Positions 50,410-59,878 of a stretch of 64,000 bases of DNA are shown in pieces. Position 1 is the first letter of the stretch. The number at the start of each line of letters is the position of its first letter. A model generated the notes under the pieces. It searched no databases, was not told the origin of the DNA, and was given only the letters and a program-made list of their open reading frames with translations. Origin of the DNA: an uncultured delta proteobacterium (GTDB lineage Bacteria > Myxococcota > Myxococcia > Myxococcales > Anaeromyxobacteraceae); NCBI GenBank assembly GCA_963845515.1, contig CAWJSR010000049.1, positions 76,722 to 140,721 of the forward strand, read 5' to 3'. Position numbers and translations under genes: made by a program.

Positions 50410-50901
50410 ATGCGTGCCTTCATCGGAGTCGGCAGCAACCTCGGGGATCGCTGGCGGAGCCTCGGCTTCGCCGCGCGGGCGCTCCGGGAATCCGGCGCTG
50501 CCGCAGTCGTCCGCGCGTCGAGCGTCTGGGACACCGAGCCGCTAGGCCCCCCCCAGCCGAGGTACCTGAACGCCGCCCTGGAGGTCGAGACGGTCCTCGC
50601 GCCGCGCGCGCTTCTCTCGCTGCTGCAGCGGATCGAGGGGGCGGCGCACCGAAGGCGTGCAGGCGTCCGGTGGGCTGCACGGACGCTCGACCTCGACCTT
50701 CTCCTCTATGGCGATCGGGTGATCCGCGAGCCGGGGCTCGTCGTCCCGCACGAGGGGATCGCGACCCGAGCCTTCGTGCTGGCCCCGCTCGCCGAGCTGG
50801 CGCCCACGCTGGTCGTGCCGGGGCTCGACCGGAGCGTGGCGGCGCTGCTGGCCGACCTGCCGCCGTCGGGGATCGCTCGGGCCGGTCTCTATCCGCTCTA
50901 G
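50410..50901 (+). CDS. folK: 2-amino-4-hydroxy-6-hydroxymethyldihydropteridine diphosphokinase
   Basis: GVGSNLGD, YLNA, RTLDLDLL, VPH, RAFVL.PL.EL. Confidence 0.93.
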   Translation: MRAFIGVGSNLGDRWRSLGFAARALRESGAAAVVRASSVWDTEPLGPPQPRYLNAALEVETVLAPRALLSLLQRIEGAAHRRRAGVRWAARTLDLDLLLYGDRVIREPGLVVPHEGIATRAFVLAPLAELAPTLVVPGLDRSVAALLADLPPSGIARAGLYPL

Positions 50902-51084
50902 GCGGTGCCGATCATCACCTCATGCCGCACCCGAAGGCGCCCCGCGGTGTGGGCCGTGTGAGCCCTCGCGAGGAAGATCATTTACGGTCGGTCGTTACCG
51001 CGGTAGAGGTACGGACCATCCCGTAGCGCACATTTAGGTGGCGCGACGGAGGCAGCATCCACCCTTCGGGAGGAAGAGACCCTT

Positions 51085-51825
51085 ATGAAGCTTCGGACGA
51101 TCGGTATGACGGTTGTTGCGGCCCTCGCGCTCGTCGCGGGCCGCGCTCAGGCGCAGGACGCGGCTGCGGCTCCGGCCGGCGTGGACGCGGGTTGGGACAC
51201 GAAGTACGGCGTGCTGTTCACGCTGCCGAACCCCTTCGGCGGCGCGTCTGGCACCAACGTCATCAGCGACTACGACGCCAAGGTTGGCTTCCAGTACAAC
51301 CTCGGCGCCACGACGGCCCTCCGGCTCGGCGTCAACCTCTCCCGCCAGGCGTGGAGCCGTGAGGTCACGACGAGCACCACGAACGTCGAGACCAAGACGG
51401 TGCACGATCCGTGGAGCTCGATGTACCTCGTGAACCTCTCCGGTGAGTACATGCTCCGGCTCTCGCAGGCCGCCGTGGCGCCGTACGCCGGCGTCGGCGC
51501 GTTCATCGACTTCGGCCTGAACCGCAAGAACGGCACGGACGAGAACGACCTGACCCCCGCCACCACCGAGTACAACAACAGCCAGACGACGATCGGCTTC
51601 GGGCTCGTCGGCAAGCTGGGGCTCGAGTGGCGCATCCACAAGGTGATCGCGCTCTTCGCCGAGTACCAGGCTGAGCTGACCCTCATCGAGCGCTCCTCCA
51701 ACAAGACCGATGAAGTCACGACCGGCTCTCCTCGGGTCGAGTCTTCGGGCAGCCAGAACCGGCTCCTGAACGTCAGCACCGGCCTCGCCAACGCCGGCAA
51801 GCTCGGCATCATCGCGTTCTTCTAG
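51085..51825 (+). CDS. Outer-membrane beta-barrel protein
   Basis: Signal peptide (AQA), alternating beta-strands, PYAGVG, terminal FF. Confidence 0.8.
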   Translation: MKLRTIGMTVVAALALVAGRAQAQDAAAAPAGVDAGWDTKYGVLFTLPNPFGGASGTNVISDYDAKVGFQYNLGATTALRLGVNLSRQAWSREVTTSTTNVETKTVHDPWSSMYLVNLSGEYMLRLSQAAVAPYAGVGAFIDFGLNRKNGTDENDLTPATTEYNNSQTTIGFGLVGKLGLEWRIHKVIALFAEYQAELTLIERSSNKTDEVTTGSPRVESSGSQNRLLNVSTGLANAGKLGIIAFF

Positions 51826-51843
51826 TCGCGCCTGAGCAGCATC

Positions 51844-51876
51844 GAGGGGTCCCCGGCGCGAGCCGCGGGACCCCTC
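51844..51876 (+). terminator. Hairpin terminator
   Basis: GAGGGGTCCC...GGGACCCCTC. Confidence 0.65.
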
Positions 51877-51916
51877 TCTATTGAGGCGCCGCCTCGGAAC
51901 CTGCTACGGATCCCCG

Positions 51917-53386
51917 ATGCGCTCGAACCCCTTCAGGCTCGCACCTCTCGTCCTCCTCACCCTCCTCGCCGCCTGCGTCGCCCACGACAAGCAGGGCGAC
52001 AAGTACGCCGCCGTCGGCGACTGGAAGAACGCCTGGGTCAACTACAGGGAGGCGGTCGCCCGGAAGCCCAACGATCCCGTCCTGCAGCAGAAGTACGAGA
52101 ACGCGCGCCAGCAGGCGATCGCGACCTCCGTCGCGCAGGCCAACACCTGCGCCAGCCAGCGCGCCTGGGACTGCGCGCTCAACGAGGCCGACTTCGCCCT
52201 CACGGTCGAGCCGTCCCGCGCCGACATGGCGGACGTCCGGCGCCTCGCGGCGACCGAGGTCGCCCTCGCGCGGCTCGCGCAGGTGCAGGGCGAGGTGGTG
52301 GCGGGGCGGCTCCAGCAGGCCGCGGGGCTCATCCAGCAGGCCCAGCAGCTCTCCGACGATCCGGCCGTGGCGTCCGAGGCGCGCCGCGCCATCGAGATCT
52401 ACTCGAGCGGCGTCGCCGCCGAGTCGGACAAGCTCCGGTCTCAGCGGCGCTACGCCGACGCCATCGCGCTCCTCCAGACAGGCGCCGCCCTCGACCCCGC
52501 GCTCCGCTCGCGGCTCGACGCGGCCTCCCGCGAGTACGAGAGCTGGAAGGCGGCCGAGCACGATCGCTTCATGGCCGAGGGCGAGGGGCACCTCTCCGCC
52601 GGGCGCTGGGCTGACGCCCAGGCGAGCTTCCGCGCGGCCCAGCAGCTTCGCGGCGACGATCGGGCGCGGGCGTTCGAGCAGTACGCCAGGCAGATGCAGG
52701 CAGGCGACGAGGCGGTGAAGCGAAGCGACTGGAGCGGCGCGACGAAGGCCTTCCGGGACGCGGCGGCGCTGCGCGTCGACCGGGGCTACGCGGAGGAGAT
52801 GGCGGCGAAGGTCCAGGTGAGGCCGTACGCCGTGAGCCTCAAGACGGTGGTGATCACGCCGCTGCGCCCGAACCGGACGCCGTGGGTCGGCGCGCACGAT
52901 CGCAGGCTCGACCGGATCCAGTCGATCCTCGCGGAGCGCTGGACCGATCCGCTCGCGGGCAAGGTGCTGCTCGCGCTCAACGAGCTGCCGGCGGCCAACA
53001 GGCCGGACGTCGTGGTCGAGGTGACGCTGCCGAGCGGGCAGCGGCTCGTGACGGGGGGCGACCGGGCGATCTACTCGACGCCGCGCGCCGTCTTCGTCCT
53101 CGCGGCGAACGGCTTCGACAAGGGGAAGGTGGTCTTCCGCGTCTTCCATCGGCTCCCCGCGGGCCAGACCGAGGACATCGGCTACGCGGAGGCGACGGTT
53201 GGAGAGCTCGTCTCGAAGCGGGCGCTGGTCCTGCAGGACCGGGCCATCGGCGCCATCGAGCTGACGGTCGACGCGGCCGAGGGGTCACGCGCCGGGACCT
53301 TCAGCGGGCTGACGCCGGTCTCCCCGCCGCCGGGCGCGACGCCGCCGCCAGCTCCCGTGACGACGTCGCCGCCGCCGAGGCGGTAA
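51917..53386 (+). CDS. TPR-like repeat lipoprotein with C-terminal beta domain
   Basis: Lipobox LAAC, repeated helical G.W..A...Y/F..A units, Pro-rich tail. Confidence 0.75.
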   Translation: MRSNPFRLAPLVLLTLLAACVAHDKQGDKYAAVGDWKNAWVNYREAVARKPNDPVLQQKYENARQQAIATSVAQANTCASQRAWDCALNEADFALTVEPSRADMADVRRLAATEVALARLAQVQGEVVAGRLQQAAGLIQQAQQLSDDPAVASEARRAIEIYSSGVAAESDKLRSQRRYADAIALLQTGAALDPALRSRLDAASREYESWKAAEHDRFMAEGEGHLSAGRWADAQASFRAAQQLRGDDRARAFEQYARQMQAGDEAVKRSDWSGATKAFRDAAALRVDRGYAEEMAAKVQVRPYAVSLKTVVITPLRPNRTPWVGAHDRRLDRIQSILAERWTDPLAGKVLLALNELPAANRPDVVVEVTLPSGQRLVTGGDRAIYSTPRAVFVLAANGFDKGKVVFRVFHRLPAGQTEDIGYAEATVGELVSKRALVLQDRAIGAIELTVDAAEGSRAGTFSGLTPVSPPPGATPPPAPVTTSPPPRR

Positions 53387-53395
53387 CGCCCTTCC

Positions 53396-53411
53396 CCTCT
53401 CCCCCACCGGG
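53396..53411 (+). repeat. Left half of palindromic repeat copy E, including the TSD CCCACCGGG (53403-53411)
   Basis: CCCTCTCCCCCACCGGG abuts the IS left end. Confidence 0.9.
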
Positions 53412-54862
53412 CTCATGATTGATCACTTCAGGGCGCCGAGGGCCAGGGCGAGCTCGTAGCCGGCCTCGTAGTCGATAAGCTTTCGCCAGCCCTTGCTGAG
53501 GGTTCGCCAGCCTGGGTCGCCGTTGTTCTTGAGGTGGCCGCCCAGGCTGGCGATGGCGAGGAGCGCCGTTCGCACGGTGAGCTTCGGGGGGAGCTTCTTG
53601 TTCAGGGCCCGCAGGATCTTGATCTGCGTGGGCGCGAGGACGGCGCTGGCCGGTTCGTCTCGCCCCGTCCGAGAGAGCGCACGCATCAGGATGAGCGCGT
53701 ACGCGATGACGAGCACGTAGGCGAGCAGGTTCGAGAGCGTCCCGAACGACTCGAGCTGCTTCGTCTCGAACGCGCAGCCAGTCTTCGTCGCCTTGAAGTA
53801 CTCCTCGATGACCCAGCGCGTCCGGTAGCCGTCCACCACGAAGGCGATCTCGTCCTGCGTGCCCACTGGCTCGCTCGTGAGGAGGAGCCACTCGACGGGG
53901 GGCTCACCGGGAGGCGGGCCCAGCTCGAACACGTGGACGACGTTCACCTTCAACGCCTCCTGCACCTTCGTCCTCGACGCGTGCCGCGGGCGCTTCAACT
54001 GTACAGTCAGGGAGGCGAAGCTCAGGTGGGCGGTGCGTGACCTGCGCACCGGAAACGTCTTGTCCTGGTCCGCGTTGCCCTTGCTCTTGCGCGCCGAGAT
54101 CGGCACGTCGATCGCGAAGGCGGGAGGGCTCGTTCGCGCAGCTTCGAACAGGCGCGTCTCGTCTTCCGGATTCAGGGGGACGAGGCCCCGGTCCTGGGCC
54201 GCGCGCAAGATGAAGCGCTGCTTCTTGGCCGTCAGCTCCACCAGCAGGTCGTAGATGTCGCTCTCGCGATCGGCGACGTGGATGAGGGACACCCCCTCCG
54301 CAGTCTGCGCGGCGCGCAACATCGAGCGCCCCCAGCGAGCCGACTCCTTCTCGGACTTCTTCACCTCTTGGCGCACCCATGTCTCGGCCTCGATGACGCC
54401 AAGCGGCGTGCGAGTCCCGTCGGCGGCTACCAGAAGCGTGACGTGCGCGAGAAAGCCTTGGTCCTTCGCGTTGACGGGGCCAAGCCCGTCGCGTTCCGCC
54501 TCGCCACTGAACTTGTAGGAGGTCGTGTCCGTGGGAGCGAAGACGACGCGAAGAGCGCGAGCGCGCTCTGCCGTGCGCGCCCGATGCGGGGCGAGCAGCC
54601 CTTCCATCGTCACATCCTCGTTGCCGAGGTGCCGATACAGGGCCTCGAGGTTGGCCTCACCCCGCATCGCGTCCGGAAGGCTCGCCTCCGGTAGAGCGGC
54701 AAGCCGGTCGGCGATGAACGCCGACCGGCGCTCCCGCCGCTTGTCCCCCAGGTCGACGTCAGCGAACTCGCTCCGTACCACCGCGCGACGACTCGGCTTC
54801 TTGCCCATGCCGGCGGTAGATCACGCCGGCATGGGTCCCGTCTAGATGTGCGGGATCATGAG
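53412..54862 (-). mobile_element. Complete IS4-family (IS50/Tn5-like) insertion sequence, 1451 bp
   Basis: Terminal IRs CTCATGATTGATCACTTC / CTCATGATCCCGCACATC (13/18 match), 9-bp flanking direct repeat CCCACCGGG, single transposase. Confidence 0.95.
53423..54808 (-). CDS. tnp: IS4-family DDE transposase
   Basis: EF...DLGD.R N-terminus, DTT, VADRESD, W.LLT, Y..RW.IEE.FK (YREK signature), LGG......DPGW. Confidence 0.95.
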   Translation of the reverse strand: MGKKPSRRAVVRSEFADVDLGDKRRERRSAFIADRLAALPEASLPDAMRGEANLEALYRHLGNEDVTMEGLLAPHRARTAERARALRVVFAPTDTTSYKFSGEAERDGLGPVNAKDQGFLAHVTLLVAADGTRTPLGVIEAETWVRQEVKKSEKESARWGRSMLRAAQTAEGVSLIHVADRESDIYDLLVELTAKKQRFILRAAQDRGLVPLNPEDETRLFEAARTSPPAFAIDVPISARKSKGNADQDKTFPVRRSRTAHLSFASLTVQLKRPRHASRTKVQEALKVNVVHVFELGPPPGEPPVEWLLLTSEPVGTQDEIAFVVDGYRTRWVIEEYFKATKTGCAFETKQLESFGTLSNLLAYVLVIAYALILMRALSRTGRDEPASAVLAPTQIKILRALNKKLPPKLTVRTALLAIASLGGHLKNNGDPGWRTLSKGWRKLIDYEAGYELALALGALK

Positions 54863-54892
54863 CCCACCGGGGGAGAGGGAAGGGTGAGGGGG
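54863..54892 (+). repeat. Right half of palindromic repeat copy E, including the TSD (54863-54871)
   Basis: CCCACCGGGGGAGAGGGAAGGGTGAGGGGG. Confidence 0.9.
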
Positions 54893-54903
54893 CAAACGAG
54901 GGA

Positions 54904-55943
54904 CTACAGGATCTTCGCCGCCAGCAGGTCCTGGACGTCCAGCAGGCCGACCGGCTTGCCGTCGTCGTCCACCACCGGGACCTGGTCGATCCGCGCCTTG
55001 CGCATCACGTGGGCGGCCTCGGTCACGAGCAGGTCGGGCTTCACGCGGCGCGGGTCGCGCCCCATCGCGGCGGAGACCGGCCTCGAGAAGTCGGTCTGGC
55101 CGTGCTCGACCAGGCGGCGCAGGTCGCCGTCGGTGAAGATCCCGACGAGCCTGCCCGTGCGTCGTCCACGACGCTCGCGGCGCCCGGGCGGCCGGCAGTC
55201 TCGGTCATGACCGCCACCGCGGCGGAGAGCGGCGCGCTCGCGCGGACGACCGGGTTGGCGGCGCCCTGGCGCATCAGCTCGCCGACCTTCATGAGGCCGC
55301 GGCCGAGCTTCCCGCCCGGGTGGAAGAGCGCGTACTCCTCCTTGTCGAAGGCGCGGTTCGCGAGCACCGTCATCGCGAGCGCGTCGCCGACCGCCAGCAG
55401 CACGGCGGTGGAGGCGGTCGGGGCGAGCCCCATCGGGCAGGCCTCCTCGACGTCCCCGATCTCGAGCACCAGGTCGGCGCCGCGCGCGAGCGCGTTGTTG
55501 CCGTCCTTCGTGACCGCGACGATCTTCGCGCCGATCTTCCGGAGGGCGGGCAGCAGCCGGGTCAGCTCCTCCGTCTCGCCGCTGTTGGAGAGCGCGATCA
55601 CGACGTCGTCCCGCGCGATCCGGCCGAGGTCGCCGTGGGCCGCCTCCGCGGGGTGCACGAAGAGCGACGGCGTGCCGGTCGAGGCGAGCGTCGCCGAGAT
55701 CTTCTGGGCGACGAAGCCGGGCTTCCCCATGCCGGTGACGACGACGCGCCCCTTGCAGCCGAGGAGCCACTCGACGGCGCTGGCGAAGGGCGCGCCCAGC
55801 TTGACGGCGCCGATGGCGCGCGCCTCGGCGGCCATGACCTGCTGTCCGTAGGCGACGAGGTCCGAGGCGCCGGCCCCTCTCCGGCGGGGGGCCTTCCGGG
55901 CCTTGATCTTCACGGGGGGACGGGCGCGCTTGCGAGGTGGCAT
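54904..55943 (-). CDS. kdsD: Arabinose-5-phosphate isomerase, KpsF/GutQ family (frameshift ~55160)
   Basis: SIS domain GMGK, STGTP, HPAEAAHGDLG, APTAST, HPGG.LG. The CBS pair is completed in the second frame (GIFTDGDLRR). Confidence 0.92.
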
Positions 55944-56080
55944 GACCGCGCGGATATAGCACTTTTCAGGGTCAATGCGCGTTGGGGGGCCGGTCGCGCC
56001 GCGCGCCCTTGCGGCACCGCCACGGGTGGGATACGAAGCCCTCGCCCCTCACCGCAACGACCAGCAAGGAGTCCCCCCGC

Positions 56081-56731
56081 ATGCAGTTCTTCATCGACAC
56101 CGCCGACGTCGGCGAGATCAAGAAGGCCCTGGAGATGGGGCTCTGCGACGGCGTCACCACCAACCCGTCGCTCGTGGCCAGGACCGGCCGCCGCTTCGAC
56201 GAGGTGCTGCGCGAGATCGTCGCGCTGAAGCCCGGCCCGATCTCGGCCGAGGTGACCGCCACCGACTGCGAGGGGATGCTGAAGGAGGCGCGCGAGCTGG
56301 TGAAGTTCGGCCCGGACATCGTGATCAAGATCCCGCTCATCACGGAGGGGCTGCGCGCCGTGAAGGCGCTCAGCGCCGAGGGCGTGAAGACCAACGTCAC
56401 GCTCTGCTTCTCGGCGGTCCAGGCGCTCCTCGCCGCAAAGGCGGGCGCGACCTACATCTCGCCCTTCGTCGGCCGGCTGGACGACATCTCGCAGGACGGC
56501 ATGGAGCTGATCGAGCAGATCCTGGAGATCTACGCGAACTACGGCTTCAAGACGAAGGTGCTCGTCGCCTCCGTCCGCCACCCCATCCACGTCCTGCAGT
56601 CCGCCAGGCTCGGCGCCGACGTCGCGACCATCCCGTTCAGCGTGATCGCGCAGCTCGCGAACCACCCGCTCACGAAGTCGGGGCTCGAGAAGTTCCTCGC
56701 CGACTGGGAGAAGGTGCCGAAGACGAAGTAG
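56081..56731 (+). CDS. tal: Transaldolase / fructose-6-phosphate aldolase family
   Basis: [39 protein letters not shown]. Confidence 0.93.
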   Translation: MQFFIDTADVGEIKKALEMGLCDGVTTNPSLVARTGRRFDEVLREIVALKPGPISAEVTATDCEGMLKEARELVKFGPDIVIKIPLITEGLRAVKALSAEGVKTNVTLCFSAVQALLAAKAGATYISPFVGRLDDISQDGMELIEQILEIYANYGFKTKVLVASVRHPIHVLQSARLGADVATIPFSVIAQLANHPLTKSGLEKFLADWEKVPKTK

Positions 56732-56755
56732 CGCCGCGCCGACGGCCGGAAGCGA

Positions 56756-56799
56756 CGAGCCCCTCGTCCCCCGCGAACCGCGCGGGGGGGAGGGGCTCG
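56756..56799. terminator. Hairpin between convergent genes
   Basis: CGAGCCCCTC...GAGGGGCTCG. Confidence 0.6.
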
Positions 56800-56819
56800 A
56801 TGCGTTCCGGACGCCGCGA

Positions 56820-57383
56820 CTACATGAAGAAGTAGCGCAGGAAGATCACGCCGGCGGTCTGCGTCGTGACCGTGGAGTTGACGATCGTGACGCCGGCCTC
56901 CTTCTGCTCGCCACGGCGGACGAGGCCGACCTGGGCCTCGGCGCCGACGCTGAAGCTGGGGGCGATGGAGTGCTCGCCGCCCGCTGCCAGCGCGAACCGG
57001 AAGTCGACGCCCGACGTGCTGTTTCCGACGGCCGGCTCGCTCCCCTCGAAGACGAAGCCGAGCCGCCCGCCGCCGTAGAACGCGGTCTGCTCGACCTGCT
57101 TGAAGGCATAGAACGCGCCGACGCCCAGCGAGAACTGGCGGTCGGAGGAGCCGTGGTCCACGTTGGACTTGAAGTAGCCGAGCTCCGGCTCGATCCGGAT
57201 CGCACCCATGTAGATGGGGATGTAGAAGGAGACGGGGTTCAGGTTGCCATCGACGGAAGAGGTGGCGTTGAGCGCGGTGAAGCCGACGCCGAGGCCGACC
57301 TTGGTGCTGGTCTCCTGGGCGTTGGCGCCGCTGGCGGCGACGAGGAGCGCGGCGACGGCGAAGGCACGAGCGATCTGGTTCAT
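56820..57383 (-). CDS. Small outer-membrane beta-barrel protein
   Basis: Signal peptide (ANA), amphipathic strands, C-terminal LRYFF. Confidence 0.8.
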   Translation of the reverse strand: MNQIARAFAVAALLVAASGANAQETSTKVGLGVGFTALNATSSVDGNLNPVSFYIPIYMGAIRIEPELGYFKSNVDHGSSDRQFSLGVGAFYAFKQVEQTAFYGGGRLGFVFEGSEPAVGNSTSGVDFRFALAAGGEHSIAPSFSVGAEAQVGLVRRGEQKEAGVTIVNSTVTTQTAGVIFLRYFFM

Positions 57384-57477
57384 ATTTTCTGTTCCCTCCG
57401 GAGAGACCGACCGCGAATCGGCCGGGGCGATCCATATATCACGCTCAGTTGTCGCCGGGGCGGTTCGCGTGCGCACG

Positions 57478-58557
57478 TCAGAACGGCAGGTAGGCCACCT
57501 GGCACTGGTCGCGCGGCACGTAGGCCAACCCCTCGGTGCCGTTGATCGCGGCGAGCAAGGCGGTCATCTCGTGGTTCCAGGATGGGCTGTCGCCGTGCCA
57601 TGCCAGGATCGCCTCGAAGATCAGATCGTCGACGAAGATCGGCGCGTCCTCGAGGATGACGACCTGCGCACGCTCCAGGAAGTGGCGGGCGTTGAGCGCG
57701 AACACGAGGATCTCCTGCGCCAGGCGGCCGCGCGGATTGGCCGACACGCCGCGGTCGCCGAGGTACAGCGACAGCTCGGCCTCCCAGGTCCCCGGGCCCC
57801 ACGCGCCGTATTCTCCGGTCGCCCCTCGCACCCGCGTCACGCCGTTGGAGAAGAGCCCGTCGAACGGCTCATCGCCGGCGGCGAAGGAGCCCGACGGAGA
57901 CCGGAATGGGGCGAGCGCGTTGATCAGCCGCCGATCCCGATCGTCGAGGAGGCGCAGGCCAGGCCGGCCGCGCCAGAACTCGCTGCTGCCCAGCCGCGCG
58001 AAGTGGACGCAGCCGCCAGCGCTGAAGATGGTGGGCGCCGCACCGGAGTCCTGTCCGCGCGGATCGAGGACGTCGATGTTCCGCGCCCCCCCGAGTGGCG
58101 CGTCCCAGAAGGGCGGCGACAGCTCGGTCAGGGCGTACCTTCCCGGCCGAAGGCCCGTGAACGTGGCGCAGCCGTCCCAGTCCGTCGCCCGGACCTTCGC
58201 GCCCCACCCGGTCCTGCTGAGGCGGAACCTCCAGCCCTTCACCATCGGCTCTCCCGCCTCGGCGATGCCGGACAGGTTCCGATCGAAGACCTTGCACGCC
58301 CGGGCACGGGCGAGCGCGGCGATCCCGGGGTCGAGCGTCGCCCGCGGTGTCGGCGCAGGAGGGAGCACCCGGCCGATGCGGGGAGCGATCGGCGCCCGCA
58401 CTCGGGGACTTTGGAAGAGTCTCGCAGGCTGCCGATGGTACGGGCCCGATCCCTTCAGCACCCGCACGGACGAGGCCACCGAGGGCGCGGTGGCGGCGAG
58501 GACCAACGTTGGGGAGAGCGCGGCGAGCAGCGACAGCGTGCGAGCCCAGCGGAGCAT
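57478..58557 (-). CDS. Secreted hypothetical protein with SdrD-B/Cna-like domain
   Basis: Signal peptide and VFD.N..G....GEP...GW...L...TD..G...F.GL.PG.Y..TE pattern. Confidence 0.7.
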   Translation of the reverse strand: MLRWARTLSLLAALSPTLVLAATAPSVASSVRVLKGSGPYHRQPARLFQSPRVRAPIAPRIGRVLPPAPTPRATLDPGIAALARARACKVFDRNLSGIAEAGEPMVKGWRFRLSRTGWGAKVRATDWDGCATFTGLRPGRYALTELSPPFWDAPLGGARNIDVLDPRGQDSGAAPTIFSAGGCVHFARLGSSEFWRGRPGLRLLDDRDRRLINALAPFRSPSGSFAAGDEPFDGLFSNGVTRVRGATGEYGAWGPGTWEAELSLYLGDRGVSANPRGRLAQEILVFALNARHFLERAQVVILEDAPIFVDDLIFEAILAWHGDSPSWNHEMTALLAAINGTEGLAYVPRDQCQVAYLPF

Positions 58558-58716
58558 GGCCTCCCCCTCACAGAGCCTTGGCGAGACGGTGGCCACCGCG
58601 CTCCGTGCAGGCAACCACCTCGCGGGGCAGACGCTTATTGGCTAGCGGCATGAAACTCGCCTGGGGGCCCTGCCTCCGGGCTATTAGAGGAGGAGCCGCC
58701 GAGGCGAGGAGCACAC

Positions 58717-58959
58717 ATGGCCGACGTGAAGATCACCGTCCGGAACGACGGGCCGCTGCGGGTGGAGGGGCCGTTCACGCTCGTGGACGCGGACGGGAAC
58801 GCCTACGGGATCGCGCAGCGACAGTGGGTCTCGCTCTGCCGCTGCGGCCTCTCCGACACGAAGCCGATCTGCGACGGCTCGCACAAGCGGAAGGGCTTCA
58901 AGTCGGAGTGCCACGCCTACGACCTCGGCGCGCCGCCGCCCCCGAAGCCGAAGCCCTGA
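58717..58959 (+). CDS. CDGSH iron-sulfur domain protein
   Basis: LCRCG.S..KP.CDGSH. Confidence 0.95.
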   Translation: MADVKITVRNDGPLRVEGPFTLVDADGNAYGIAQRQWVSLCRCGLSDTKPICDGSHKRKGFKSECHAYDLGAPPPPKPKP

Positions 58960-58962
58960 GGC

Positions 58963-59322
58963 GTGATGCGCGTGCGCACCAGCCCCCCCGGCCACGACGT
59001 CCTCCTATACGACGGAGCGTGCCGCCTCTGCGTGGACTCGGCCGGCCGGCTCGCGCGCGCGCTCCCGAACGGCAGCGACACGCGCTCGTTTCGCGACCCG
59101 GACGCGCTCCGAAGCTTCCCCGGGCTCGACCCCTCGCGCTGCGAGCTGGCGCTGCAGCTCGTGCGGGAGGACGGCACCGTGTTCGAGGGGGTCGAGGCCG
59201 TCGTCCAGGCGCTCAGGCGGAGGTGGTACGGGCCGGTGCTGCTGGCCTACTACCTTCCGGGCGTCCGGGCGATCGCCGACGCCGTCTACCGCGCGGTGGC
59301 GCGGCGGCGGTCCCACCTGTAG
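58963..59322 (+). CDS. DCC1-like thiol-disulfide oxidoreductase (DUF393)
   Basis: YDGACRLC and Y..VA..R. Confidence 0.85.
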   Translation: MMRVRTSPPGHDVLLYDGACRLCVDSAGRLARALPNGSDTRSFRDPDALRSFPGLDPSRCELALQLVREDGTVFEGVEAVVQALRRRWYGPVLLAYYLPGVRAIADAVYRAVARRRSHL

Positions 59323-59333
59323 CCCTCACCCGC

Positions 59334-59783
59334 TCAGGCCAGCGTCACGCGGAAGAGCCGCCGCTCCACGAGGTCGAGCGCGCGCACCAGGTCGCCGCGG
59401 CCGAGGTGCGCCCCCGACGCATGCTCCTTGAGCTCCAGGCACTGCTCGGTGAGGAGCAGCACCAGCAGGGCTCCGGCCGCCTCGTCCTCGGGGGTGAGCC
59501 AGCGCTTCGCCTTCTCGTTCACGAGCCGGTGCTCGTAGGTGTCGTACTCCCGCGCGAGGTCGAGGCGCGCGAGCTCGAGCGCGAACCGGAGCACGTCGTC
59601 GCGCGGCCGCTGGACGGTCCCGGCGGCGTAGCGGGCGCGCAGCTCGTCCGAGACCCACTCGACGAAGGGCGGGGGCCAGGCCTGGAGCTCCTCCGCGAGG
59701 TGCTCGGCGAACCTGTCGAGGATGAACTCCTTCACCGGCTGCTTCTGCCTGTCGTAGAGGTAGTCCCAGCGGCGGTCTCTCAC
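59334..59783 (-). CDS. Conserved hypothetical protein
   Basis: GTG start, codon bias, RWDYLY and WPPP motifs. Confidence 0.7.
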   Translation of the reverse strand: MRDRRWDYLYDRQKQPVKEFILDRFAEHLAEELQAWPPPFVEWVSDELRARYAAGTVQRPRDDVLRFALELARLDLAREYDTYEHRLVNEKAKRWLTPEDEAAGALLVLLLTEQCLELKEHASGAHLGRGDLVRALDLVERRLFRVTLA

Positions 59784-59878
59784 GGGGCGAACAGACCAGA
59801 CGCGGCGCCCGCGTTCAAGCCGCGGCTTGTCCGAGCGCCCCCCGCGCGCTAAGAGTTCCACCCTCCCAGGAGGCACCG

